Source: an uncultured bacterium (GTDB lineage Bacteria; CSSED10-310; CAZUFC01). Taken from it: a stretch of DNA of 32,065 bases. Shown here in pieces: positions 1 through 10,700 of the stretch. A model generated the notes under the pieces. That model saw nothing but the letters and a program-made list of their open reading frames with translations, had not been told where the DNA came from and made no database searches. How positions within the stretch are numbered: the stretch's first letter is position 1; every line of letters begins with the position of its first letter. The DNA is taken from the NCBI GenBank assembly GCA_964619725.1, contig CAZUFC010000097.1, forward strand, positions 1-32,065, given 5' to 3'. A program made the position numbers and the translations under genes.

Positions 1-141
1 TTCGATTAATCAACGCTCTTCCACCGGATATAGGGGGGGCTAAAAACTTCACAATTATTATGCCGAGTTGCAATGCAAGAAAATAACACTTTTTCAATAG
101 TTTGTGACATTCTTGTCAGGAGTTCAGAAGTTTCTTCGTAG

Positions 142-231
142 TTATTTGTTCCGATTTCGATACCGATACCGATTGCGACCCCGATCCCGATACCGATACC
201 GATTAGGATCCCGATTACTGAAACAGGCTGT
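142..231. repeat. Degenerate hexamer (NNGATN, mostly CCGATH) tandem repeat with conserved flanks, copy 1
   Basis: 11 units at 151-216 (ccgatt tcgata ccgata ccgatt gcgacc ccgatc ccgata ccgata ccgatt aggatc ccgatt). The flanks TTATTTGTT and GAAACAGGCTGT recur near-identically at 31082-31164. Confidence 0.8.
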
Positions 232-275
232 CAAGAGTTTTGAAAGACGTTTAACCCCGGTTTGATCATCATTTT

Positions 276-1037
276 TTATATTTTTATATGCTTTGAAATA
301 TCCACGTTGGTCAGCCACCCCTCAACCGGTTCTGTACTTCTGCCGTTTTTCGTTATGAAAACGTCCTGAGCTTTTGACTTCTGCTCCATTGCTTTTTTCG
401 CATCGGCTAAGGTGCCGTCAATGGAGACGAAAGCCATGGTATCACTGACTATTCTCTTCATGTCTTTGTATTCCAGAAAGTCTTTAAGGGAAGCTGATTC
501 CACCTCGAAGCCGGAGTTCTGTTTTTCTTCAATCGTTTTTTCCGTTACAAATTTGTAAATGTAGCTTTGATGGATAATATATCTGGCTGATCCTGCGTTG
601 TCTAAAACCGGCATCCTCGTTATGGGGCCTTCAAACTTTTCTATGACGTCTCTTTGCAGATTAACTTTTTCGCCCATGTCGTCGTTTTCTTCCAGGGTGA
701 TCTTTTTCATGGATATTTTATCGATCATAACGTCGCTGACCATTATGGAGCGAAGTTTTTGCTCCGTGACCCGGGCGACTATGGAGCTCATACTCTGGCT
801 TGCCGCTTCGAAGTTTTCCCGAGAAAAGTAGTATGCGATGACGGTACCAATCCAGGTGCCGAGCATGGGAACAAGCATGGAAAAAGCCAGTTCTGCCGAA
901 TCCTTATCCCCTCCAATAGATAAAAAGGTGATAGTAACCGCGACCAGACTCAGTACAGAACCTCCCACAACCCATTTAGCAATTGTAGTCCTGTGTTCGG
1001 AGGGAAGGGAATAATTTTGCCTGTCATTTTCAGCCAT
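276..1037 (-). CDS. Membrane protein with two N-terminal TM helices and a C-terminal CBS-pair-like domain
   Basis: 253 aa with an AGAGGAGG SD upstream. Two hydrophobic helices (WVVGGSVLSLVAVTITFLSIG; LAFSMLVPMLGTWIGTVIAYYF) and CBS-like motifs (VSDVM, ITRMPVLD, TLADAKKAM, VEGWLTNVDI). Confidence 0.75.
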   Translation of the reverse strand: MAENDRQNYSLPSEHRTTIAKWVVGGSVLSLVAVTITFLSIGGDKDSAELAFSMLVPMLGTWIGTVIAYYFSRENFEAASQSMSSIVARVTEQKLRSIMVSDVMIDKISMKKITLEENDDMGEKVNLQRDVIEKFEGPITRMPVLDNAGSARYIIHQSYIYKFVTEKTIEEKQNSGFEVESASLKDFLEYKDMKRIVSDTMAFVSIDGTLADAKKAMEQKSKAQDVFITKNGRSTEPVEGWLTNVDISKHIKI

Positions 1038-1106
1038 ATTGTCCTCCTCTGGATTAAATTCGAATCAAACGTTAATGAAGATATAGCAAAAATAGGCAGC
1101 TCATGT

Positions 1107-1157
1107 AAACAAAAAACAGGGCTTTCAACCGTGGGTTGACGGCTGAAAGCCCTGTTT
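1107..1157 (-). terminator. Intrinsic terminator of the cohesin/dockerin operon
   Basis: 19-bp stem (1114-1132 / 1139-1157, one G-U pair on the minus strand), 6-nt loop, then a T-run on the minus strand. It begins about 35 nt after the stop at 1193. Confidence 0.85.
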
Positions 1158-1192
1158 GGGTTTACAAGTCGTCTGAACGTAATATCAGGCGA

Positions 1193-4100
1193 TCAGTTTC
1201 TTTTTCTGTTCAAGAGCAGTATACCTCCGAGGATTACCATGACTGCGATAATTCCTGAATTAGTCAAAGCGGGAACGGGGGCTGGAGTAGGAGAGAAAGC
1301 AGGCGTTCGGGTTATATCCGGAGTAGCGGTGAAGGGAGAAGTCGGTTCGACAGTGGGGGCTTCAGTGGGTTCGCCGGTAGGGGCGGTTGTAGGTTCAATT
1401 GTGGGAGCTTGAGTGGGTATTTCGGTTGGAATTGAAGTCGGTTCGGCTGTTGGAGTCAGAGTTGGCGGCAGTGTGGGTCCTTCTGTAGGGGTAAGAGTCG
1501 AAGTTGGGGAGGCAGTCGAAGTCGGGGTAAGGGTAGGAGTATTGGTCGGCGGCGGCGTCGGCGTCAGGGTCGGTGTATCGGTAGGGGTGAACGTAGGCGT
1601 ATGCGTAGGGGTTAATGTCGGACCGAATGTAGGGGAGTCGGTGGGATAAGGCGAAGGCGTGACGGGAGCCGAGCCGCACATTTCCATGTTGTCGATAATG
1701 ACAGAAGCATTGCCGTCCCAATTGTCGGGAATATCGTACATTCTGATTTGGATGTTGCATTGAACGGCGCCTGACGGAGCCGTTTGATCGAGTCTTTCGA
1801 ACACCTGCCATTCATCCGATTCCGTAGAATACCCGCCGTCGACAATGCCGATCATAAAACCGAGGCTGTCTTCCCATCGAATCCAGAGCCGTATTCGTCC
1901 TGCATCGTCATTATCGTAGAAGCGCAGTCTGAAATCGTAGGCTTCGCCGGCGTATACGGGGACTATCTGATAGAGCTCCTGAGTAAGGGGATTGGTCCAG
2001 GTCAGATTACAGGAAGAGTCTCCATAATAGACGTTATCTGTTTCCTGTGAGGCGGAGAAGCCGGTTATCTGGCTGAGCGCCCATCCATCCGGGGGTCCGT
2101 CAGAGCCGTTTTCAAACCATCTTTCAAAACCGGGATTGACGGGAAGATTATCGTAACACATTCCGGGGATCATGGTAGCGGTAGGAGCCAGAGTTGGAAC
2201 TTCAGTGGGAGTGGGCGGACCGGGGGTTTCAGTGAAGAAAGGCGTCGGCGTGAGTCCTGCGAGGCCGCAAGCTTCAATGTTGTCGATAGTAACGGATGCG
2301 TTTCCGTCCCAGAGTTCCGGATCGTCGTACATTCTGATTTGCAGATTGCAGAAAACGGCGCCGGCTGGAGCTGTTTCGTCGAGGGCTTCCAGGTATTGCC
2401 AGGCGAAGGCATCCGTAGAATATCCTCCGTCAGAGGAATCGATGAATCCGCCCTGGCTGTCTTCCCAACGAATCCAGAGCCGTATTCTGCCGGCTGGATC
2501 GTCGTCGTAGTACCGAAGTCTGAAATCATACGTTTCACCGGCTGTGACGACGAACTTCTGATAGAGTTCCTGGGTGACCGTGCTGCTCCAGTTAAGCTTG
2601 CATGAGTATGCTCCGTCAAAGACGAAGAAGATGTCCCGGGAAGCGGAGTATCCCAGGTACTGGCTGAGTTTCCAGCCGTCCGGAGGTCCATAGGGGCCGT
2701 TTTCATCCCAATCTTCGAAACCTGGATTCACGGGGAGATTATCGGCGCACATAGTGGGAATCGGCGTTCCAGTAGAGGTATTTGTGGGTGTTGTCGTAGG
2801 CGAATTGGTTGATGTGGGTGAAGGTGAGCGAGTAGGAGTGTAGGTTACCGTCGGCGTTGGGGTAAGCGTAGGGGTATTTGTTGGAGAAAAAGTCGGAGAT
2901 TGAGTAACGGTAGGAGTGAGCGTCGGTGTCGGCGAAGGCGTGGCCGTGCCGCAATAGTAATTGAACATACCCGTTTCAAGCGCCCAGCCGATCAGGTCGT
3001 CCGTCGGGTTGGAGAAGTGCAGTTCGCATTGATCGCCGTTTTGACAGGTTGGACATACAACCTTGAAAGTCAAGGTAACGAGGCTGCCGTTATTTCCGGC
3101 CGGGATATTTTCGGGATAGGAGAAACCGGCCAGAACGATCTGCCCAACGGTCGGTTCGTTGCATCCGAACATCTGCCATCCCGGATCAAGCGTTCCTTCT
3201 GAGCAAGAGACGTATTGCAGCATGTCCGTGCAATAGTTGAGGGTTATCCCGAACGAGTCCACAGGAGTATCCTGGTTGTCTATCATCACGGTCGTTTCTA
3301 CCATGCTTCCGTGGCATTCCGTGAAATCTTCCAGCCAGATCACATCATTCGTCACAGGAGTAGGAACCGGCGTGGGTTCACAGTAATAAGCGAAGGCGCC
3401 GGATTGATTGGGCCATCCCGTGAAGTCTCCTGAGAGGTTGGTGAAGTTGAGAACGCATTCATCATCGTTTTCGCAGGCAGGACAAGCAACCATGAACGTC
3501 AAAGTAACAATGCTGCCTGTGTTTCCGGCAGGAATTGTATTCGGGTAGGCGAATGCTGCGACCCTTATTTCGCCTGATTCAGGTTCGTAACAGTCGAACA
3601 TTTCCCATCCCGGATCGAGTGTTCCCTCGGAGCAAGAGACGTATTGCAGCATGTCCGTGCAATACTCCATGTAGAACCCGAAAGAATCGACCGCCGTATC
3701 CCCGTTTGAGATCATGACGTCCACGTTGACGGTTTGCCCTGTGCAGCCGGAAAAGTCTTCGAGCCATACAAGGTCAGCCGGCGTAGGAGAAGGCGTTGGC
3801 GTAGGAGGGCAGGAATAGGTGAACAGTCCTGTTTGAACGTCCCATCCGTTGAGGTCGTCTGTGAGATTGTAGAGGAAGAGAGTGTTCTGATCGCCGTTGG
3901 AGCAGATATCGCATTTGACCAGGAATGTAAGTTTGACGAGCGTCCCGTTACTGCCGGCCGGGATGGAGCCCGGATAAGCGAATCCTGCGGCCCTGACTTC
4001 CCCGGGTGCTGGGGCATTGCAATCGAACATCTGCCAATCGGGGTCCAGATCGCCCGATTCACAGCCGACATATTCGATCATGTCCGGTCTGTATCCGAGG

Positions 4101-4756
4101 TAGAACCCGAAGGAATCCACCGGGGTTTCCGGATTTGAGATCATGACGTCGACCTGAATCGTATCGCCGGTGCAGCCGGAAGAGTCTCCGATCCAGATGG
4201 AATCCGCGGCGGCAGGAGTAGGAACCGGCGTCGGTGACGGGCACGAATAAGTGAATGTCCCGCTCTGCGGATTCCAGCCTTCAAGATCACCCGAAAGCTG
4301 GGAAAATTCAAGCAGGCATGTATCGCCGTTATTACAGGATTGGCATACAACCTGAAACGTCAGCTTCACAAGGCTGCCTGAGCTTCCGGCGGGAACGCCG
4401 CCGGGTACGATGAAACCGGCGGCTCTGATTTCTCCGGCGACCGAATCATTGCAGCCGAACATGGTCCAGCCGGGATCGAGATCGCCGGGAGCGCAACCGA
4501 CAAATGCGAGCTTGTCGGCGCAATAGCTTATATAGAATCCGAACGCATCAACGGGCGTATCCGGGTTGGAAATCATGACATCGACTTCAATCGTTTCGCC
4601 GCCGCATCCGGCGAAATCTTCCAGCCAAATGTCATTGCCCCGGGATAAGCCGGCGCCGAACGCGTTCACGGCTGTCACACCTCCAGTAAATGCTGCTGCA
4701 AATGCTGCACAGCCGATCAAAATACTGACCAGAAGGCCTTGTTTTTTCATTTTCAA
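1193..4756 (-). CDS. Scaffoldin-like surface protein: signal peptide, 4 cohesin-like domains, 2 CBM4/9-like (galactose-binding fold) domains, Pro/Thr linkers, IPTL-CTERM-like anchor
   Basis: Four ~131-aa repeats (4241-4633, 3809-4204, 3380-3775, 2951-3346) with the cohesin pattern G.T..VDVMI.N...VD.FG....Y....L..V.C..G.L.....F.....G.I......G.LV.LTF.V. Two NPGFE...IDN.E domains (2267-2749, 1676-2158). C-terminus VPALTNSG + TM helix + RKR. AAGGAG SD. Confidence 0.85.
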   Translation of the reverse strand: MKMKKQGLLVSILIGCAAFAAAFTGGVTAVNAFGAGLSRGNDIWLEDFAGCGGETIEVDVMISNPDTPVDAFGFYISYCADKLAFVGCAPGDLDPGWTMFGCNDSVAGEIRAAGFIVPGGVPAGSSGSLVKLTFQVVCQSCNNGDTCLLEFSQLSGDLEGWNPQSGTFTYSCPSPTPVPTPAAADSIWIGDSSGCTGDTIQVDVMISNPETPVDSFGFYLGYRPDMIEYVGCESGDLDPDWQMFDCNAPAPGEVRAAGFAYPGSIPAGSNGTLVKLTFLVKCDICSNGDQNTLFLYNLTDDLNGWDVQTGLFTYSCPPTPTPSPTPADLVWLEDFSGCTGQTVNVDVMISNGDTAVDSFGFYMEYCTDMLQYVSCSEGTLDPGWEMFDCYEPESGEIRVAAFAYPNTIPAGNTGSIVTLTFMVACPACENDDECVLNFTNLSGDFTGWPNQSGAFAYYCEPTPVPTPVTNDVIWLEDFTECHGSMVETTVMIDNQDTPVDSFGITLNYCTDMLQYVSCSEGTLDPGWQMFGCNEPTVGQIVLAGFSYPENIPAGNNGSLVTLTFKVVCPTCQNGDQCELHFSNPTDDLIGWALETGMFNYYCGTATPSPTPTLTPTVTQSPTFSPTNTPTLTPTPTVTYTPTRSPSPTSTNSPTTTPTNTSTGTPIPTMCADNLPVNPGFEDWDENGPYGPPDGWKLSQYLGYSASRDIFFVFDGAYSCKLNWSSTVTQELYQKFVVTAGETYDFRLRYYDDDPAGRIRLWIRWEDSQGGFIDSSDGGYSTDAFAWQYLEALDETAPAGAVFCNLQIRMYDDPELWDGNASVTIDNIEACGLAGLTPTPFFTETPGPPTPTEVPTLAPTATMIPGMCYDNLPVNPGFERWFENGSDGPPDGWALSQITGFSASQETDNVYYGDSSCNLTWTNPLTQELYQIVPVYAGEAYDFRLRFYDNDDAGRIRLWIRWEDSLGFMIGIVDGGYSTESDEWQVFERLDQTAPSGAVQCNIQIRMYDIPDNWDGNASVIIDNMEMCGSAPVTPSPYPTDSPTFGPTLTPTHTPTFTPTDTPTLTPTPPPTNTPTLTPTSTASPTSTLTPTEGPTLPPTLTPTAEPTSIPTEIPTQAPTIEPTTAPTGEPTEAPTVEPTSPFTATPDITRTPAFSPTPAPVPALTNSGIIAVMVILGGILLLNRKRN

Positions 4757-4786
4757 ATCGGTCTCCTTTCCTAATGGTCAAGAATT

Positions 4787-7700
4787 TCAATACAGCTGAT
4801 CGTCTTGCAGTTCATCTACCGGCGTCCATAGCGTCTTGCCTTCCAGATAGTTATGAGTTTCTGCGGGCATCAGTTCACAGAATGTAAATGTCCCGCTGAG
4901 ACCGTTCCAATCCCCGATATCATCGGTAAGATGGGAGAATCCAATGTCGCTCCGTTCGCCGATCCGGCAGCCGTCGCAGGTTACTTTGAACGTAAGAACA
5001 GCCAGAATCTCATTGTTTTCCGCAGGGATGCCCTCTTCAGGATCAGTGAATCCGGCTATTCTGATTTCACCGGCGTTCGGTTCGTTGGCTCCGAACATCA
5101 GCCAGTCGACATCAGGATTACCCTGACGGCATTCAACGAATTCAAGCATGTCGGTTGAGTAATCCAGGGTGACCCCGAATGAATCTAATTGAGCGTCAGG
5201 ATTGGAAATTCTAACTGCAATTTCGACGATCTCGTTTTCACAGCCGGAGGCGTCGTCGATCCATATCATATCATCTTGAGCGAGGGCTTTCAGTAAGGCG
5301 TCAGTTGATTGTGAAATAGGTCCGATCGTTTTCACGTTTTCATTCAATTCATTCTGCGGTGCGGCCGGGAGACCTTTGGACAGAGGGTCGGCGCATTCGC
5401 AATCCATTCCCAGGTAATACATGAACATGCATTGCGCATCGGCTATGGTTACATTGGCGTCGCCGTTACAGTTCGCCGAGCATTCTTCTTCGAATGTAGG
5501 CGTAAAGTATCCCAGAACAATCATGAAGGTGAGCTGGGCGTCGGTGACGGTTATTTGGCCGTCATTATCCACGTCGCCGTCGTTCAAACAGATAAATGTC
5601 GGAGTCACTGTAGGTTCGGCTGTGGGAACCATGGTAGGAATGGGCGTAGTTGTTGCAGAGGGGACAGGCGTAGGCGTGAAATCGTCATTCGTCCAGTTGC
5701 CGTAATCAACGTCATCACTGACCCGTTCAGCGCCTATGTTGTTGTTTCCGTCGTCCATGCAATCATCGACTCCGTACTCGACATCCAGCGGCCCGCCGTA
5801 CATTCCCCAGTAATTGTATTGCGCATTGATGCACGTGGTGGGGTCAGCATTGTATACGGCATAGTTTATGTGACTCGAGAATGAATTGTAATCCATGGCT
5901 GATCCGCCGATGACAGGAAGAGCGGCTGATTCGACGTAAATGCCGTAACCGGCTGAACCGTCGTTATTGGAGTGCAATTCGCAGTTTTTGAATACTGGCG
6001 TTGAATTAGCTCCGGTAACGAAAGCGCCGTATCCGTAATTATCGCGGATTTTCGCGGCATTTACAATTGTGCTTGGAATTCCGCCGACGGCTTCTGAGAC
6101 GTAGATACCGTACTGACTGTTATTTTCTATCTGACCTCCCGTAATTTGCACGGTGCCCGGAGCCGCGTATACGCCGGAGGATGTGTTGTGATGGACGCGG
6201 CAATTGATGAGGGTTGGATTAGCGCTGTTCGTATGGGCTCTGACTCCGTTGCCGGCTCCGAATCCTATCTCACAATCCTGCAAAACCGGTGAACTCTCAT
6301 AACAAAGGACATTTTCGTAAGGATCGCCGGCTCCGCCGTACTCGATGACGCAGTGTTTCAAAGAGGTCACTGCATCGTCGCAGTAATTGGAGAAGTAGAT
6401 GCCCCTCCAATGTCCCGGACTGGGACTGGAAGAATGTGAGGTGAAAACGATGGGATTCGATGGTGATCCTTCAGCTACCAGTGCGCCGGGCAACAGATTA
6501 TTCGAATCATGACCGATAAACATTCCAATTCCGTTGAACAGCAGTTCGCATCCGGGTTCGAGAGTTAAAGTGGTGAGATGATCCGCTCCTGCTTGTCCCC
6601 TGACGTAGACGTCGCCGCTGTGCACATAATACGGTATTCCGTGATCTTCCCAGTAGCTGTCCAGTGAAATGGTGTCGCCGAGAACGTAAAAACGCTGGGT
6701 ATAATTGTACAGGAAGGAGCAGTCCGTAACGCCGCGCACCTTGGAAGCATACATCCTTATGGGGTATGTATAATTAAACAAGAAAGTGCAGCCGTCTACG
6801 AATGCTGAATCCTCCGACCCGTTGCAGTAGAGTCCTGTGCTTCCGTTTTCTTCTATGGTTGAATCCGAGATGTGGATCGTCGCTGTATTGTTGATATAAA
6901 TGCCATAGGTTGAGTTATGCCGGATGGTTGAATCGGATATTTGCATGTCGCTGCCGGTATCGCAATAAATACCATGGCTGCTGGAGTTTCTGATCTCACA
7001 GTATTCGACGACGGGATTTGAATTCTGATAGGAGTAAATGCCCGTTCCGCCGGCATACTCGATCAGACAATGTCTGAGCGTAGGAGATGCATCGATGCAA
7101 TGTACAGCCTCCCAGTTGGAGTAACCGCCGGACATTATTTTACAATGTTCCATCAGGCACAACGAGTCTTCTGAATATTTCTGGAAGATTATGCCGTCCC
7201 AAAAGCCGTGGCTGGGATTCTCCTGTCTTCCAGTGAAAAGGATCGGCTCAGAAGCCGTTCCGACGGCCATTAACCCGCCTGGTTCCGTAACCGTGTCGTC
7301 GTCGCCGATGTATAATCCATCCGTGGACTCAAAATGCAGTTCAGCGCCTTCCTCGATATATAAAGTCGTAACGCTGTCGGCGCCGTCCTGCCCTTTCACG
7401 TACACGTCTCCTGTTATCCAGTAGGGTTCCTTGTCGTGGTTTTCCCAATAGCTGTCCTGGGTGATCGTATCAGGCACTACGTGAAACGCTTCATAATTGT
7501 TACCCTCGAAGGTACAATTGCTGAAGTATCCCATCTGTCGGGCATAAGCGTAAACGGGATAGCCGTTATTGTAAGAGAAGTGACAATTATTAACGGAGAA
7601 GACGTGGGCTGGACTGTCGCTGTAAAATCCGTAGGTGTAATTGCCGGAAATGGTCGTGTTGTCCAGATGGATTCGCGCATTGCTGCTCAAGTAGACGCCG

Positions 7701-10700
7701 TAACTGGTGTTGTCTCTGATGGTTGAATTCGAGATGTGCGCATCGCCGTAATTGTTGGTGTATATGCCATAACTCCGATTTCCTGCTACAATGCAGTCCG
7801 TCATATTTATGTCGCCGTAATTATCGCAGTAAATCCCGTAACTTGTCGCCGCCAGTATATTGCAATGTTCGAATGTCGGATTAGCATGATCGTGGCTGCG
7901 TATATTATACCCGCCGCCGTACTGTATATTGCAATACCTGAAAGTAGGAGCAGAATCGATACAGTAAATCTGTTCGTGAGAGCTGTATCCTCCGAATTCG
8001 ACATCACAGTACTCCATCAGGCAGGCATTATCGTCGGAATATCTGTAATAATAAATTCCCGCCCAGTCATCCTGGCTGGGCGAATCGGACCTGGAGGTAA
8101 ACGTGATCCGCTGTTCGGCCGTACCGACTGCAACAAGCGCTCCGGGATAAAGCGGATCGCTGTTATGACCGATATAGAATCCCACGTTATCATTGATGTA
8201 GAACTCGACTCCGGGAGCCAGCGTCCAGGTGGTTACTTCGTCCGGGCCGTCTTTTCCCTGAACCGTTATCCAACCTTCAATGCAGTAGGGAATCGATCTT
8301 TTTTCCCAGTAGGTGTCCTCGGTAAGAGTATCGCTGCCGGCGGTTATGTATTCCCACCTGTTTCCGCTGAAGGTGCAGGGGCCTATACCGGCGATGTGCC
8401 TGGCTCTCATTCTTATGGGATAACCCTGGTTATCGATGAAAGAGCAGTTCGATATGACGGCGTAATCAGTCGTGTCGTTAGCGTTAATGCCGTAATAATT
8501 CCTGGTGAAAGTCGAGTCTGATACAACGGCAAATGAAGTGCCTGAGGCGTAAATACCATGACTGGCGTTATCATGTATATCCAATCCTGTACCGTTAATG
8601 CTGGAATTGCTGCTGCAATAAATGCCGTAAGATGTGCCGTAAGCTATTTCACAATCTTCGAGAATGGGATTCGACCAGTAATAAGAATAAAAATTGTATC
8701 CCTGCCCTCGCAAGATTCTGCAATGCCTGAAAGTCGGGGATGCGGAATAACAGTAAATATTTTCGTTGGAGCTGTAGCCACCGAACATTACATCGCAATA
8801 TTCCATCAGGCAGATGGAATCGTCTGAAAAATCGTAGAAGTAAATTCCATCCCAGTATCCGTGTGAATTCTCAAAACCTGTAAAGGTAATGCGTTGTCCT
8901 GCCGTTCCCACTGCGTAAATACCGCCGGGTTCGCCCGGGTTATTGGAACCGATCCATAAGCCTTGTTGATGATCAAAAACCAGTTCAGCGCCGGGTTCAA
9001 TAGTGATAGTGGTAACGAAATCAGCGCCATCTGTTCCCTTGACGTAGATATCTCCGGCTATCCGGTAAGGTATGTGTTGATTAATCCAGATGCAGTCTGT
9101 TCCGATGGTATCGCCGACGACATAGATCATGTTGGGCACGTCAGGCGTGATGGGCATCATGAATGTATTCGGAGGCAGGCCGATGTTTTTGACGTGTTTG
9201 GCATAGATATAAATCGGTCCGTTAAGGTTGTTGAAGAAGACGTTGTCGGTGATCACCGGCGAGATGGCGTCCGTGTTGCAGTAAATGCCGTAACCGCCGC
9301 TGTCGGCTATCAGGTTGCCGCTGATTACTGTTTCTCCTTCCACCGTCAGGTAAATCGCATGATATCCGTTCGCGGAATCTGAAAGAGTGCAGTCGGTTAT
9401 GCTGCCGTAAGAATTGTCGAAGTGTATGTTGTATTCGCCCGTTTCAATAACCGTACAACCATTGATGACAGGAGCTGAATCAAGGGCATAAATTCCGCTG
9501 TCGAAGGCATACCTGATCGTGCAGTTGGTCAGTGTCGGACTGGCGGAATTGCACGAAACGGGATAATACTTAACGCTGGAGACATACTGTCCGCCGTATT
9601 CGATAACGGTATGATTCAGTTCGCAGAGAGCATCATCCGAGTATTGCGCAAAATACACATCTCTCCAGGAGCCCGGTACCGGGACATCGCTCGTCGACGT
9701 TATAACCACAGGATTCATGTCGGTTCCCGATGTGATCAAAGCTCCGGGATAATTCGAGTTCGAATCATGACCGATGATTATACGCGCCTGGTCAGGCAAT
9801 TTGACGACTGTTCCGGCGAGAAGCGTAAGGGTCGTGACGTTGTCGGCCCCTGATTGCCCCTGAACGGTGAATCCGTTCGTCATGTAGAAAGCGGCTCCCG
9901 GGTCTTCCCAGACGGCATCAATGGACAGAGTTTCCGCTATGACATAAACATCTTTATCGACTGTGCTTCCCGTGATGTTCTGGCATTTTCCGCCGTAAGT
10001 ATAGATGCTGTAGTCGGCAGCATTGTTGGAAATCACAGCATTGGTGATGAAAGGACCGCAGGAACTGTCGTTGCAATAGATGCCGTATCCGCCGTTACTG
10101 TCTATCAGGCAATCGCTGACTGTCGGTTCTGCCGGTCCGCCGGTTACGTATAAGCCATGATCGGCGCTGTCGGTAATATCGCAGCCGATAAATGTGGGAG
10201 AACATGAATTACTGTGAATGCCGTAAGAACTGGAATATTCGACGACGCAATTATTCATCAAGGAATCGTCGTCAGCATAATTCAGGAATTGAATGCCCTC
10301 CCAGGTTCCCATTGCGTCGATGCCGGTGAAGAAAATCCGGTCTCCGCCGGAACCGTCGGCTATTAATTCGCCGGGCAGATTTGAATCCGTGTCGTGCCCG
10401 ACCGTCAATCCCACCGCAGAATCAAATTCGAATTCCGCTCCCGGTTGAATCGTGACCGTGGTTACGGCATCCGGTCCGGCCTGACCCATAATGGATACAT
10501 CGCCCAATATGCGATAGGGAATGCCCTGGTCGTGCCAGATACCATCAAGAGCCACTGTGGCTCCTGCGCATTCAATAAAGGAATTTCCGTTGCCGGAAAA
10601 AATATTCCCCGCGGTGAATCCTATCCGGTTGGCGCCAAGCCGCAAAGGCGTGCCTGTATTGTTGGTGAACAGGGAATCGGTCAGGGATATCAGACATGTC

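Noticed and set aside
1-120. Possible start of a minus-strand RNA or gene at the left edge, and the palindrome TGACA-TTCT-TGTCA at 105-118
   Set aside because: Truncated by the window, with no recognisable RNA family. A single 5-bp-arm palindrome can occur by chance.
1676-2749. Near-duplicate segments as a possible DGR template/variable repeat pair
   Set aside because: Both copies are in-frame domains of one gene, the differences are not adenine-specific, and no reverse transcriptase is present.
7736-8521. 261-aa plus-strand ORF, and similar long antisense ORFs at 18094-18876 and 20420-21265
   Set aside because: They are antisense shadows of well-supported genes with no recognisable motifs.
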